A DNA stretch of 64,000 nt from Yuukianura sp. NJ FZ-2021 (lineage: Eukaryota): assembly GCA_046563655.1 (NCBI GenBank), contig CM102285.1, positions 2,108,001 to 2,172,000 of the forward strand. Direction: 5' to 3'. Below, piece after piece: positions 12,909-24,700 of the stretch. Under the pieces are notes generated by a model, which was not told the DNA's origin, searched no databases, and saw only the letters and a program-made list of their open reading frames with translations. Every line of letters starts with the position of its first letter. Within the stretch, counting starts at the first letter, position 1. A program made the position numbers and the translations under genes.

Positions 12909-14193
12909 TAAATTAACAAAAAGATCGAGCAACCAAAATTGGGTACAATTAGTTAGTATTTAGTTTACTCCAACCCTTGTTTTATAAGAGGAGTAAATTG
13001 TCATGCGCACAGAGGGTGGATAGAAATCCGAGATCCGACTTTTAGCCAAACCCCGCAGAGAGGACACACACACGACAGACATTGCTCTTTATTACTAAGA
13101 TTCTGAGCCTCATACTTTCCTTCTCCCTGGTCATAATTTCTTGAAGAATTCAAAGACTGGTTTCCAAAGTTTGCATGTTCAAATGTTACTTCGATCTAAA
13201 CTACCTTAGCTTAATTTCTCATGCATGTACTACTTTGAAATTTTAAGACTGCCTCACAACTAAAATTTTATGATGAGATCGACTGAGTCATTGCTTGATT
13301 TGTCCTTGTAACCAGTTTCTGTCTGAGAAAAGTCTAATTTTACTTTAGTTTGACATTGTGTAGTTTTGTGCTTTACTCTTGAAAGCTTATGTGTTAAAAT
13401 GTCATAAACATTAAGATATGAAAGGTCGATGATGTGTTTCATAATAAATAGACAAAATGATTAAGTTTATTTGTTAATCATAACTTATTTCTTTCCACGA
13501 GTCAAATGAAAAACAAGCGTTGGAAATTTCAGGTTTTTCTTGTTTATCTAGTTCTTCTCCGAGGTATGATGGATTTCTAAACCTCGATTTTATACTTTAT
13601 AATTGAGGATATAAAAAATTGAGGAGTAAGCTGGCGACAAACAGGTTTTGTGAGTCAAACTCACTTTTAATGTTGAACAGCTTCAAACTACTAAAGGACT
13701 AACAGAACCACATTTGAACATATCAGTTTAGGAAACGTTGAGCAGACCTCTATTCTTGAGAATCATAATTACAAATTATATTGTATGTGAAAAGTTCTCT
13801 TTTGAATGTGGTGAGACTTTTCAAGCTTCTCGAGTTTAAGTTGTTAAGAATATTTTGTCATTACATTTTCTTCACACTGAAATACCCGGTAACGCACACT
13901 TCCGAAATATTTCCATTTTTTGTGTGAAATTAAGAACAGTATAGAAGTGGCAAAAAAGCATGAACGAGGCTACAAAGATTACAAAAATTTAATTGTACTT
14001 TGCGGTAGTACGTTATTTTTTGTTGTTGTTTGTTTCTTCACCTCCTCCGGAAACCATGTAAGCAAAAGAAACTGGTTTATATTGAAATAAGAAATTTTTG
14101 CAAAAAATTATGCAAGAAAATGAGCAAATAACTTGATGGGTTATACTTTATTCTCATTTAAAGATTTTTCTTTGAATTTCGAATTTCTAGACG

Positions 14194-16354
14194 ATGGAGT
14201 CGGACCCAATTTTGATGAGAAGAGGAAACCTGAGCGTGCAAGTGAAAACACTGGTGGGATTGGGGCTAGTTGAGATTTGCTATTTTGCAGCCTTTGCTTG
14301 TTTGTCGCCATTTTTCACAAAAGAGGCAGAGAAGAAAGGTGTGAGCGTCAGTGTCTCTGGAATTGTTTTCGTCGCCTCTCCGTTAGTTTTGGTCATCGGT
14401 TCCCCATTTCTGGGCACAATAGTACGTCGCCGGCCAGTCAACCGCAAATGTGCAAAAATTTAAAATTTAATAGAAGTTTCGTTTTAAATTTTGTAGGTAA
14501 AGTGGCTCGGTGCTCGGAAAATCTTTTTCATGGGAATGATTCTACTTGGATTTTCAAACATTTGTTTTGGATTTCTGGATAAAATTGAGTCAAGTGGAAC
14601 TTTTGCGTTTTTGTGCATTTTATGCAGAGGAATTGCTGGACTTGGTTCAATTGCAATGTGCACTAATGTTATTTTCTTAATACAAGCCTTCCCAAATGAA
14701 ATCAACAAAGCTATGGTAAAATTCAGAAAAAAAAAGTTTCTAAAGTTTCAAAAAAGTGGTTATGAATTTGACAGATTGAATTTTAAAGCTCAAAACTTCT
14801 TTTCAAAATTTTAAGGGCTTGAATGAAATTTTTTGCGGAATTGGAGTCAGTCTGGGTCCGACAATCGGCGGAATTTTGTATGACGTAAGTTTATAATGGC
14901 AGGAAAAGAAAAAAATTTAAAATTGAATTTTGAGAAATTATGTTTTTTTTTGTTTTTTGTTTGTTTGTTTGTTTTTTTTTGAAATTGTGCCATTTGCTTT
15001 TAGTGGGGAGGATTTGCACTTCCGTTTTGGATCATTGGAGCTGTTGTGTTATGCCTCCTTCCAGTCAGTGCTTATCTACTGCCACAAGTTGAGTCAGATT
15101 CAAAAAAATTGGAGACTAATTCAGCGCATGCGCATTGGTGGGAAATTATAAAGTCTTCATCAATTTTCTTGACTCTTTGGTTGACATTTATTTTTTCACT
15201 TGGATGGACTTTTTTGGATCCAACTCTGGAACCGCATCTTCGTGAGGTGTGTACGCCTGTTTTTGATTTATTATTATTATTACGAAACTTTTTATGAAAC
15301 GTTTTATAAAATTCTGCGTATTTTTTTAAAATTTATGTTAAGACTAATTTTATTGTCGTTTCTTCCGACAGGAATTTGGGGTATCGTCGTCAACTGTTGG
15401 AGGAATATTTTTTGTAATGGCAGTTTTTTATACTGTTTCAAGTGTTGTCGTTGGAGCAATTTCTAATCACATAAAACATTCATGGATAATTTGTTTCATC
15501 GGTTGCTGTGGTTCCGGTGTCGCCATTTTGTTGCTCGATCCGTCACTTTTCATTCAAAGCCACACGTAATATATCCCAAGACAAATCTACTTGAGGGCAA
15601 AAGCTGAATATTTTTTCTGCATTTTTTAGACAACTTTGGACAAAGTTCGTGGGACTAGGATTTTTTGGAATGTTTGTTGGTGTGGGGATGGTTCCAACAT
15701 ATGGAGTGACGTTGAAAGATGCAATGTAAGCAACTGTGATGTACTCTTTTTAAAAACTTCCGCCCGTTATGAAAAAAAATGTTCGACAACCTGCTTAATT
15801 TGTGCACAGTGAACGGGGACTTCCCGATAACAGTTTTACGTACGGTACGCTCTCTGGATTTTGGAAATCTTGTTACGCCATGGGGTAAGCAAACATTCTA
15901 CTCTCAAAAAATTGAAATCTTTGTGTAAAAATTTTTCATAGAAGTAGATAATCATAGCATTACTTATCGTTGATTTTGTATAATATTGAGCGCTCTCAAT
16001 TTTTGGGATTTTAGTGACATCGTTGGTCCAAGCCTTGGAGCTGTTGTTACACAACACTTTGGATTTAATGCAACCTGCACCATGGTTTCTGTCGTGTTCT
16101 TGTTAACGGTAAATCCTTATAGCTTTTCAAAAATTTTCACGTTCAAAATTTTCTAATATATATATTTTTTTTTGAAATAGGCGATACTTTATTTCATTCA
16201 ATTCACAACAGCTCCAACGAGGAGTAGAAGTGATTACACTGCAACTGCAATAGAAACACACATTGGTGGTGGAAATTCGGACTTTGAATCTAGCGGAACT
16301 GGCTTTGTACCTCCAATAATACATTCCAATGAACGAAACTGGCGACCTGTTTGA
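14194..16354 (+). CDS. SLC18B1-like MFS transporter, copy 3 (long C-tail subfamily)
   Basis: Same exon layout as copies 1-2. The last exon AILYFIQF...NERNWRPV ends at TGA 16352-16354. Confidence 0.85.
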
Positions 16355-16471
16355 ATGTCAAGGTCATGAGGTCATCTATATGCAGTCTTATGTCATTCTT
16401 TAAAGTACTCGAAAACAAAGTCCAATATTCATTCCAACAAATAATCTCACACAAACTCGAAACGTTTAAAC

Positions 16472-16579
16472 GTATTCGAATACCTTAATTTCTTCTACTA
16501 TATTGTCATTTGTCCATTTCGACTGCTTTTTTCTCCGAAATAGAACAAATATGTGTTACATAAATAACATTTTTCAAAT
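16472..16579 (+). pseudogene. Gustatory-receptor-like exon 1 remnant (copy 3)
   Basis: Reads VFEYLNFFYYIVICPFRLLFSPK*NKYV with an in-frame stop, and keeps the gtaagttttctt donor. Aligns to ~7452-7570. Confidence 0.75.
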
Positions 16580-16728
16580 GGTAAGTTTTCTTACTCAATA
16601 GCGTTATAACTAGGATTTCCTTGCTTATAACTCGGGTTTTAAAAGTTTCCAAAAATTTTGACAGAGAAGACTTTTTTTTTTTCACTGTGTTTTGTACTTT
16701 AGTGCGTCCTGTAGGCAAGGAAATACGT

Positions 16729-16973
16729 CAGTAGAAAACTCTGTAACTTAGAAAATGTTGCAAAATACAAAACAAATGGCAATTACACAAACGGGGGTAG
16801 TGAATATCCTTACATTGAGGTGCTATTGCCATTGCAAAATAAAACCAAAATGGCAAATGGGTGGATTTCGCAATGACAATAGGACCTCAGTGTAAGGAAA
16901 TTTTCTGTCCCCGTTTGTGCAATTGCCATTTGTTTTGTATTTTGCAACATTTTCTAAGTTACAGAGTCTTCTG
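16729..16973. mobile_element. Palindromic MITE (~245 bp, ~105-bp inverted arms)
   Basis: ctctgtaacttagaaaatgttgcaaaatacaaaacaaatggcaatt recurs as its reverse complement at ~16921-16966. The ends CAG...CTG|TA look Tc1/pogo-like. Confidence 0.8.
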
Positions 16974-17772
16974 TAGTCGAACAGTCTGAATTGTTGAATT
17001 TTTTTAACCACATTTTTAATTACCATTAATTTTTTTCAAAGCTACTAAAATTCTATGATGAGGTGAGTGAGTCATTGTTTGAAGTCTTCGTAGTAGCTAG
17101 TTTTCGTCTGAGACAAGTCTAATCTCAAGTTAGTATGACATAATAGTTCTTGTGCTACTGCACTTTGAAGCTTATGTGTGTTAAAACGTCATAAAGATCA
17201 AAAGATCAGAGGTCGATGATGTGTCTCATCCAGAGACAATGAGTAAGTTCATCTGTAAATCACACTTTTTTTCTACCTTCATAATCAAAGAAAGCATGGA
17301 AAATTCCAGATTATTCTCGTGTTTCTCTTTCTACGCCGCCAATAGAAGCCTTGATATCACTAGATTCAAATGGGGAGTTACCTATTCACAACATTGACAG
17401 CTTTTGTGAGTTAAAGTCACAACTGAAAGGCAGAAAAGTGCTAATATAGAAACACCTTTAAACAAACAGTTGGAAAAGTTGGCCAACACTTCAATTCTTG
17501 AAAATCATAACACAAATTGTTTTGTACTATGTAAGAATCTCTTCTGAATGTGATGAGAATTATCACGCTTTTACAAGTTTAAGTGGTTAAGAAAATTTTT
17601 CAATTTTGTTTCTTTACGCTCAAACACCAGGTAAGGCATTATTTTCAGCATTATTTCAGTTTTTTATTTTCAAATTAAGAACAGAGTAGAAGTCACAGGA
17701 AAAGCATAAAAGAGGCTAGCCAGCACGGTTTTCAAAATTTGCAAAGAGCGGAATTTGTCTTGTTTTAAATGT

Positions 17773-18226
17773 TCAGAGGTAGATACAGCAGATCTCTCCG
17801 TTGCGATGTTCGCATTCAGTGTCGGATCTAAGTTGTGGTGCTTTGCCACATGATTGAGGTGGAGCTACACATTCTCCACCGCGGTCCCTGCATGGAGTAG
17901 TCTGTATCACTGCCGCTAAATTCAAAATTAAAAAAAAAGTTCCATGATGAAATGTTAGCTTGTATACTTTTAAAATCTGGGGCATTCTGAAACACAGTAT
18001 GCTAACCTTGAACGATTGAAGATCGTTTGAACAGACCTTCATGAGTTTCATGATATGGGAGAGCTCCTTCAAACAAAAATATCAGAAACTTAAATAAACT
18101 TTGTGGTAGGAAGCAAAATTGTTTAGTTTGTGTTCTTGTACCTTGGTCGGCGTAAGCTTGTTCAGCGCTCCCGGAAACCATTTAAGCAAAAGCAACAGCA
18201 ACGATGAACGCAGTTGAACACTTCAT
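17773..18226 (-). pseudogene. Beta-defensin-like 6-Cys secreted prepropeptide gene with a premature TAA in the signal peptide
   Basis: Exons 18226-18142, 18066-18007 and 17915-17773 are phase-compatible: MKCSTAFIVAVAFA*MVSGSAEQAYADQGALPYHETHEGLFKRSSIVQAAVIQTTPCRDRGGECVAPPQSCGKAPQLRSDTECEHRNGEICCIYL. Confidence 0.75.
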
Positions 18227-18643
18227 TTTGTCCGAAATTTGAACGAATGTGAGAAGAGGAACTCAAAAATTGAGAAATTACGGAAGTGGAGAATCCCACT
18301 GAACGGGAAAAAAAAATTCCAGTGTGAAAAGTGGCCAGTAAACTTAATTGTTTCAATTATTTCAAACTATTAAGTTAATTAGGAACGTTGGGTAATAGGG
18401 TCAAACGAAAACCTCAAAGACTGCACATAGGCACAGGTCAAACCGCAAATATTTTTGGGGTTTTATACAAACATTTGCTATGCAGCCAACTCACCTTTTA
18501 ACGGACAACTTATTTCAGTTACAAAGTGTTAGAAAAAAAAATTGCTAAAAAAATGCGAATAAAAACGTAAAATGGGTTATACGTTATCATGATTTTGAAG
18601 CAAATTTTTTTTTTTTTTTTTTTGAATTTCAGATTTCCAGAAG

Positions 18644-20828
18644 ATGGAGTCGGATACAATTTTGATCAGAAAAGGAAAGCTGAGCGTACAAGTGAAAACG
18701 ATGGTGGGATTGGGGCTAGTTGAGATTTGCTACTTTGCAGCCATCTCTTGTTTGGCGCCATTTTTCACAAAAGAGGCAGAAAAGAAAGGTGTGAGCGTCA
18801 GTGTCTCTGGAATTGTTTTCATCGCCTCTCCCTTAGTTCTGGTCATCGCTTCCCCGTTTCTGGGCACAGCAGTACGTAGCCAACCTGTTATCTGCGCATG
18901 TTCGAAAAGTTAAAATTAACAATTTTTGTCTGCTTTTTAGGTAAAGTGGATCGGAGCTCGGAAAATTTTTTTCATGGGAATGCTGCTACTTGGATTTTCA
19001 AACATTTGTTTCGGATTTCTGGATCAAATTGAGTCAAGTGAAGCTTTTGCATTTTTGTGCATTTTATGTAGAGGAATTGCCGGATTTGGTTCCGTTGCAA
19101 TGTGCACTAACGTTATTTTCCTCACAGAAGCCTTCCCTAATGAAATCAACAAAGCTGTGGTAAAATTCAGAAAACAAATTAACATTGCTCTGAAAGTTAA
19201 AGAAAAATGCTCAGCAAACTTAACTTCCAAAGTCTGTATTTTTAAGTTCAAAACTTCAAAATTTTCAGGGCTTGAATGAAATTTTTTCCGGAGTTGGCGT
19301 GAGTCTAGGCCCCACAATTGGCGGGATTTTGTATGATGTAAGTTTCTATAAAAAAAAAAGAGAATTTGAAATTGAAATTTGAAAAATGAAGTTTTTTTTT
19401 TTGAAATTGTGTAATTTCTCTTTAGTGGGGTGGATTTCCACTTCCGTTTTGGATTATTGGAGCTGCTGTGCTATGCCTCATTCCAGTCAGTGCTTATCTA
19501 CTGCCACAAGTTGAGTCAGATTCAGAAAAATTGGAAACTAATTCAGCGTCTGCGCATTGGTGGGAAATTATAAAGTCTCCAGTGATTTTTTTGAATCTTT
19601 GGTTGACATTTATTTTTGCATGTGGATGGACTTTTCTGGATCCCATTCTGGAGCCACACCTTAGAGAGGTGACCATCGTAACTTTTTATATGTACTTTTT
19701 ATGAAATTTTATTGAAAAAGAATATCAAATTTTTCAAAAAAAAAATTGTACGATTTATTTTACGTTTATTTTTTCCTATAGAAATTTGGAGTGTCGTCGT
19801 CAACTATCGGAGGAATATTTTTTGTAATGGCAATTTCTTATACTGTATCAAGTGTTGTCATTGGTGCAATTTCTGATCACATAAAACGGGCGTGGATCCT
19901 CAGTTTCGTTGGTTGCTGTGGTTGCGGTGTTGCCATTCTATCGCTCGATCCGTCACTTTTTATTCCAGACTGCACGTAATGCATCACGACAAATCTAATT
20001 TTGGCAACATAGCAAAGTACATGGCCTAAATACCTTTTATATTCTTTTTTTTTTGTATGTACTTTATAGACAACTTTGGGCAAAGTTCGTGGGACTAGGC
20101 GTTCTTGGAATGTTCGTAGGCGTGGGATTAGTTCCAACATATGGAGTGATGGTGAAAGACGCAACGTACGGAACTCTCATTCACACTTCTTAAAAATTTT
20201 GAGAAATTTTGAGTTTTGAGAAATACTTTTGACGGCCCACTTGATTTTTTCACAGGCAACGGGGACTTCCCGATGACAGTTTTATATACGGTACGATCTC
20301 TGGATTTTGGAATTCCTGCTATGCCATTGGGTAAGCAATCACTTTAACCTGAAAAAAGTGCAATCATGTATTAAAATTTGCCATAAAAGTGCATAATCCT
20401 AGTATTACTTATCGTAGATGTTGTGTAATGTTGAGCACTTCCAATTTTTTGAATTTCAGTGACGTCGTTGGTCCAAGCCTTGGAGCTGTTGTTACAGAAC
20501 ACTTTGGATTCAATGCAACCTGCATCATGGTTTCAGCCTCGTTTTTCTTAACAGTAAAGCCTTTTTGTTTTTTCAAAATTTTGCGTTCAAAAAAAAATTT
20601 TTTACATGATTTTTATTGAAACAGGCGGTACTTTATTACTTTCAATTCACAACTCCTACAACAATAAGGAGTGGTTATACTGCAATAGAAACAAACATTG
20701 GTGGTAGAAATTCAGATGTTGTATTCAGTGGAGAATCAAGGAAATACATGCATTCTGGATCATGTGACATGACAGGCTTCGTTCCTCCACTAATACATTC
20801 AAATGAACAAAAATGGCGGCACGTTTGA
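18644..20828 (+). CDS. SLC18B1-like MFS transporter, copy 4 (long C-tail subfamily)
   Basis: Same exon layout as copy 3 with high identity. The last exon ends NEQKWRHV-TGA at 20828. Confidence 0.85.
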
Positions 20829-21451
20829 ATGTCAAGGTCGCAAGGTCAACTGAAAGTGGTTTCAGGTCAACGCCAAAGTTCATCTGTAAAATACTCAAAA
20901 ACTAAGTCAAATATTCTGTCCAACTAAGTCTCAAACAAGCTCGAACTGTTCTTCAAAAACTTAAAATTTTCTAAAAGTTAAATCAAATTTCCTATTTTGT
21001 TCCTAATTTAATTGTTGAATCAAATATTTTGTGTTATTAGTTATACACAAAGAAGTAATATAATATTTAGAATATGAAAACTAATAAAATTATTACAATA
21101 TGAAATTTAAAATAATGTGATACTAATTTCAGCAGTTTTGGTGCATGCTGGTAGTAGCCTGAAGGCACAAATATGAAATTCAAATGCAAACAACAAGTAT
21201 TCACTAAACCCAGTGTAAGTTTTTTGTTTTGACTTGAGGAGTTTGACTTTCTAAATTCTTCGAAGGTTGAGTTTCTCAAACTTCATTGTTAAAATCATCA
21301 CAAAAGAGTGACAGCGCATACTAATCATTCACTAATCTGCGAAGAAGCTCCTCTGATTAGTTGCGTTTAGGCTAAAAGGAAGTGGTGTTAAGTTGAGAAA
21401 ATTAATTTTGTAGATGGTGTCACAAACACTCATTGCTGGGCGTAATTTTGA

Positions 21452-21464
21452 TGACCTTTGACCT
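21452..21464. promoter_or_regulatory. Perfect DR1 nuclear-receptor element (TGACCTTTGACCT)
   Basis: Exact reverse complement of AGGTCA-A-AGGTCA, ~330 bp upstream of the PepT copy 1 ATG. Function is not demonstrated. Confidence 0.4.
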
Positions 21465-21794
21465 TCCAGGTGATGGATGACTTCAAAATTGAGTTTGTTA
21501 GAGCATCAGTACTTGTGGGGAAGGATGAGGCAATTTGTGATTAATCAACTTCTGCCTCTGGCTTCTGATAAACATGAATCTGATTGAGATGATAGTAAGT
21601 TCCAATCACCTTTTGTCTGTTTTACGAGTGGATCATAAATCTTGTTCATTTGGAGTCCAAACCCTCCAGTTTTTCCTCCTGACACTGTCGACCAAGACGT
21701 GTCAAAATATTGGAAACTTTTAGTAGCAATTGGAGTGATCTAGCAAGGAAAAATTTTGACACAAGTTTGGATTTCCAAAAAGCGAAGTTTTACA

Positions 21795-24700
21795 ATGGCG
21801 CATCAAGACGAGAGGAAGAAAAATGAGGATGGTGAGTTCAAAAATAATTTCGTGATGTCATGTTTGTACAGTTTTCAAAAACGGAGAACCCAAATTTCAA
21901 ATCAAATTCCAAAGTACAAAAAAGTGAAAATAAGCGTGTGTCAGGAGTTTTCTCAAAACCGCAACATATTTCCTGTCGTAAAATTTTTCAGGTTTTGTCT
22001 CCGGTTTCGATGTAATAGTTGTTTTTGTCATCGCGGAAGTTTTGTTTTTCAAAATTATGTTAACTTGTTTTATTAAAATTTTTAGTTTGTTCCTAAAAAA
22101 GCTACACCTTTTTCAATTTTGTGCTTGATGTTTCATAGTCCCAAAAAGGATTCGCTCAAAATTTGAATTTTATTGCATTAATTTTTTTTTCTGTCAAATT
22201 TTTAGGAATTCCGGATGCCGAATTCGACCATGATCCTCACCGAGATCACGAATCCAGAATGGAGGTGAGAATTTTCTCAAAATTTGACATCATTTTTACT
22301 ATAATTTCAAAATTTTTAAGAATGAGTAATTGGAAATGGTACAGAGCGTTATCTCCAAAATACGACAGTCAATACGGTACATTTCAAAGCATATTAAAGT
22401 TCTATTGTTTTACTTTTAATTGTAATCTGCCCAGATTACAACTGCAAATGAAGGTTAATCGGTTACAAAAAATTTGAAATTTGACAGTATCAGTTTCATT
22501 TGAAATTGGAATTTGGAAAAACAGTTGACGGTGCAGAGGCTACTAGGTTATTCCAAGCATTTTAGCGACTAATTTGACTTTTTAGCAGTACATTTTAGGG
22601 TGTGTGTTAAACAGGTATACTCAAGGACCTAATCATGACACCAAAATTAATCTGCGTCCCTGATTGATTACACAAAGTTCGCTAGCTTTGTATCTTATTA
22701 CACAACAATCAATCACAGGTTTTCTATCACCAGCGTCATTTCACGCCTAATCTTCACCAATTTCCGAAAACTTGCTTCTGTTCCAAAATTTATCAGATTT
22801 CGGATTAGATAAAATTCTTGCTAAATTGTAACAAACTGGATTTACCCATTGCACACAAACACTTCAAATCTACCAGACAACTTGGTCGCTTCTAAATTGC
22901 TTTTGAGGAAACAAATTACGTCATTTTTGAAAACCCCAAATCATGAGCGGCAATTTAGCTAGGACTATGCCGTAAAATTTTACTTCACGTTCATGTTTTA
23001 AAAAATTCCAAATGCAATTATGCACATATCAGTTGCAAGCTGAAATTCTCCGTATTGAATGCAAGTGGAGTGACAATTTTTACAAAATTTGAGCAAAAAT
23101 CCTTGCAAAATTTATTCAACCCAAACACAAACGCAACCTTACTTAACACATATAACAAAGTAAAACTTGAAAACATGTTGTTATAGGCTTTTGGGCGCGG
23201 TTAGGTTAGTTATGTTGTTACGTTTATCACATTATGGACCATCGACACAAAACTAATTAAGCCAAAAATTAGATTTGTATTGTCCTAATTTTGTTTTGTT
23301 TTGAGCCATAAACCATTACACTTATGATAATCTCATCACGTCTTTGGCTGGTATCTTCCAAAATGTAGAAAAGAATGCAGAGTTGTTAACCAGATGTAGT
23401 ATGTGTTGCGTGTATAACAAATGTAGGTGTAATTATTGTGTAAAGGGAACCAATGACAGATGAATATAATTTACAACTCGTCAGAATTTGAGGTTCTGTT
23501 AGGCATACTTCGACGAACTGCTTAACGTTAGGTTAGGAACTTAACGTACAGTCGTTAAGCACATTCAGTTCATTTCAGTAGTTTGAAATTCATTGATCTC
23601 CAATTCCACACCCATATGCTGTGTAGTTTCGCAGTGGAGGAGAGCAATCATTCGCACAACTGTTTTTGGCAAGGGAAAGTGAATTTGATTGCCTCAATTT
23701 CATCATTCAATTGCCAAAATAACATAAACACAGAAAGTGCGAAAAAATAAGGCTGCGCAGGCGTGTTTTGCTAGTTTTTTGGAAATATTGGCAACAATTG
23801 GGATTCATGCTGGCATCAGTTGGAAAGTGGATCGATCCCCAGTTAACTCTTTTTCTCTGACACTATGGTGTAGAAAATACAAGCTTTTTTAAATTTTTAA
23901 ATTTACCCGCCGCGAAGCCCGCTCCACCATCATGGGTTTCCCTCTCGAAATAGAGGAAAAGGTAACTTTAAAAAAAATGGCAAATAATATTCAAAAGCAC
24001 AAAAATTTGTGTGAGAGATCGCGAGATATTTTGTTGAAAAGCATTTTGGGAAATTAGGACTTGTTTTTGTTTTTGTAGGTTTTTTTTATTGAATTAAACT
24101 TAAGAGAATTTTTTTTTCTTTTTTCAGAAATTGCCGTATCCAAAATCGGTCTTTTTCATCGTCACAAATGAATTTTGTGAACGATTTTCCTACTATGGCA
24201 TGAAATCAATTTTGACAATTTACCTCAACACTGTTCTCGGTTTTTCTGAAGACGATGCAACAATCATCTATCACGTTTTTTCATCTCTGTGCTACTTTAC
24301 ACCTCTTCTTGGAGCAATGTTGGCAGATTCACTTCTTGGCAAATTCAAGTACTAAAAAGTTCCAAAAAAAAATAATTTTTATGTTTCCAAATTTCAAAAA
24401 TTTTGAGTTTTGAACTTTATTTCCAGGACTATATTTTACTTATCCATTGTCTATGCCGCTGGAAACATCGTTCTATCCCTTGCAGCAACTCCGCCTCTCA
24501 ACTTACCTGCCGTGTAAGTTAATTCTGAAAATCACTTTTAGAAAAATCAACCAATTTTAAAAAATCAATTTTTAAAATCTGGATTTTGAAAAGAAAAACT
24601 ACTGTTATGACCAAGCGAGTTTTTTCAAAAATCAAAATTAACATACTCTTTCTTATAAATTTTGTAGTGAAATCAGTATGCTTGGATTGGCCCTAATTGC

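Larger units (their letters stand above)
11784..13100 (-). mobile_element. Non-autonomous Helitron B (~290 bp plus a nested retroelement)
   Basis: On the minus strand it has 5' TC at 13100 and 3' CTTG at 11784 with hairpin ggctggcc-taa-ggccagcc. Its 5' region resembles the autonomous Helitron 5' end (tttagccaaacc...agaggaca) and shares the 22-mer tggctaaaagtcggatctcgga with ~38436. Confidence 0.8.
11185..13144 (+). pseudogene. Gustatory-receptor-like pseudogene (copy 2), internally deleted and interrupted by Helitrons
   Basis: Exon-1 homolog at 11185-11325 has a +1 frameshift just after the ATG. The middle exons are missing. The last-intron acceptor (ttttaag, 11384) is followed by A, a 1.7 kb insertion, then the rest of the last exon ILSLILSFSLVIIS-TGA (13101-13144). 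Confidence 0.85.
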
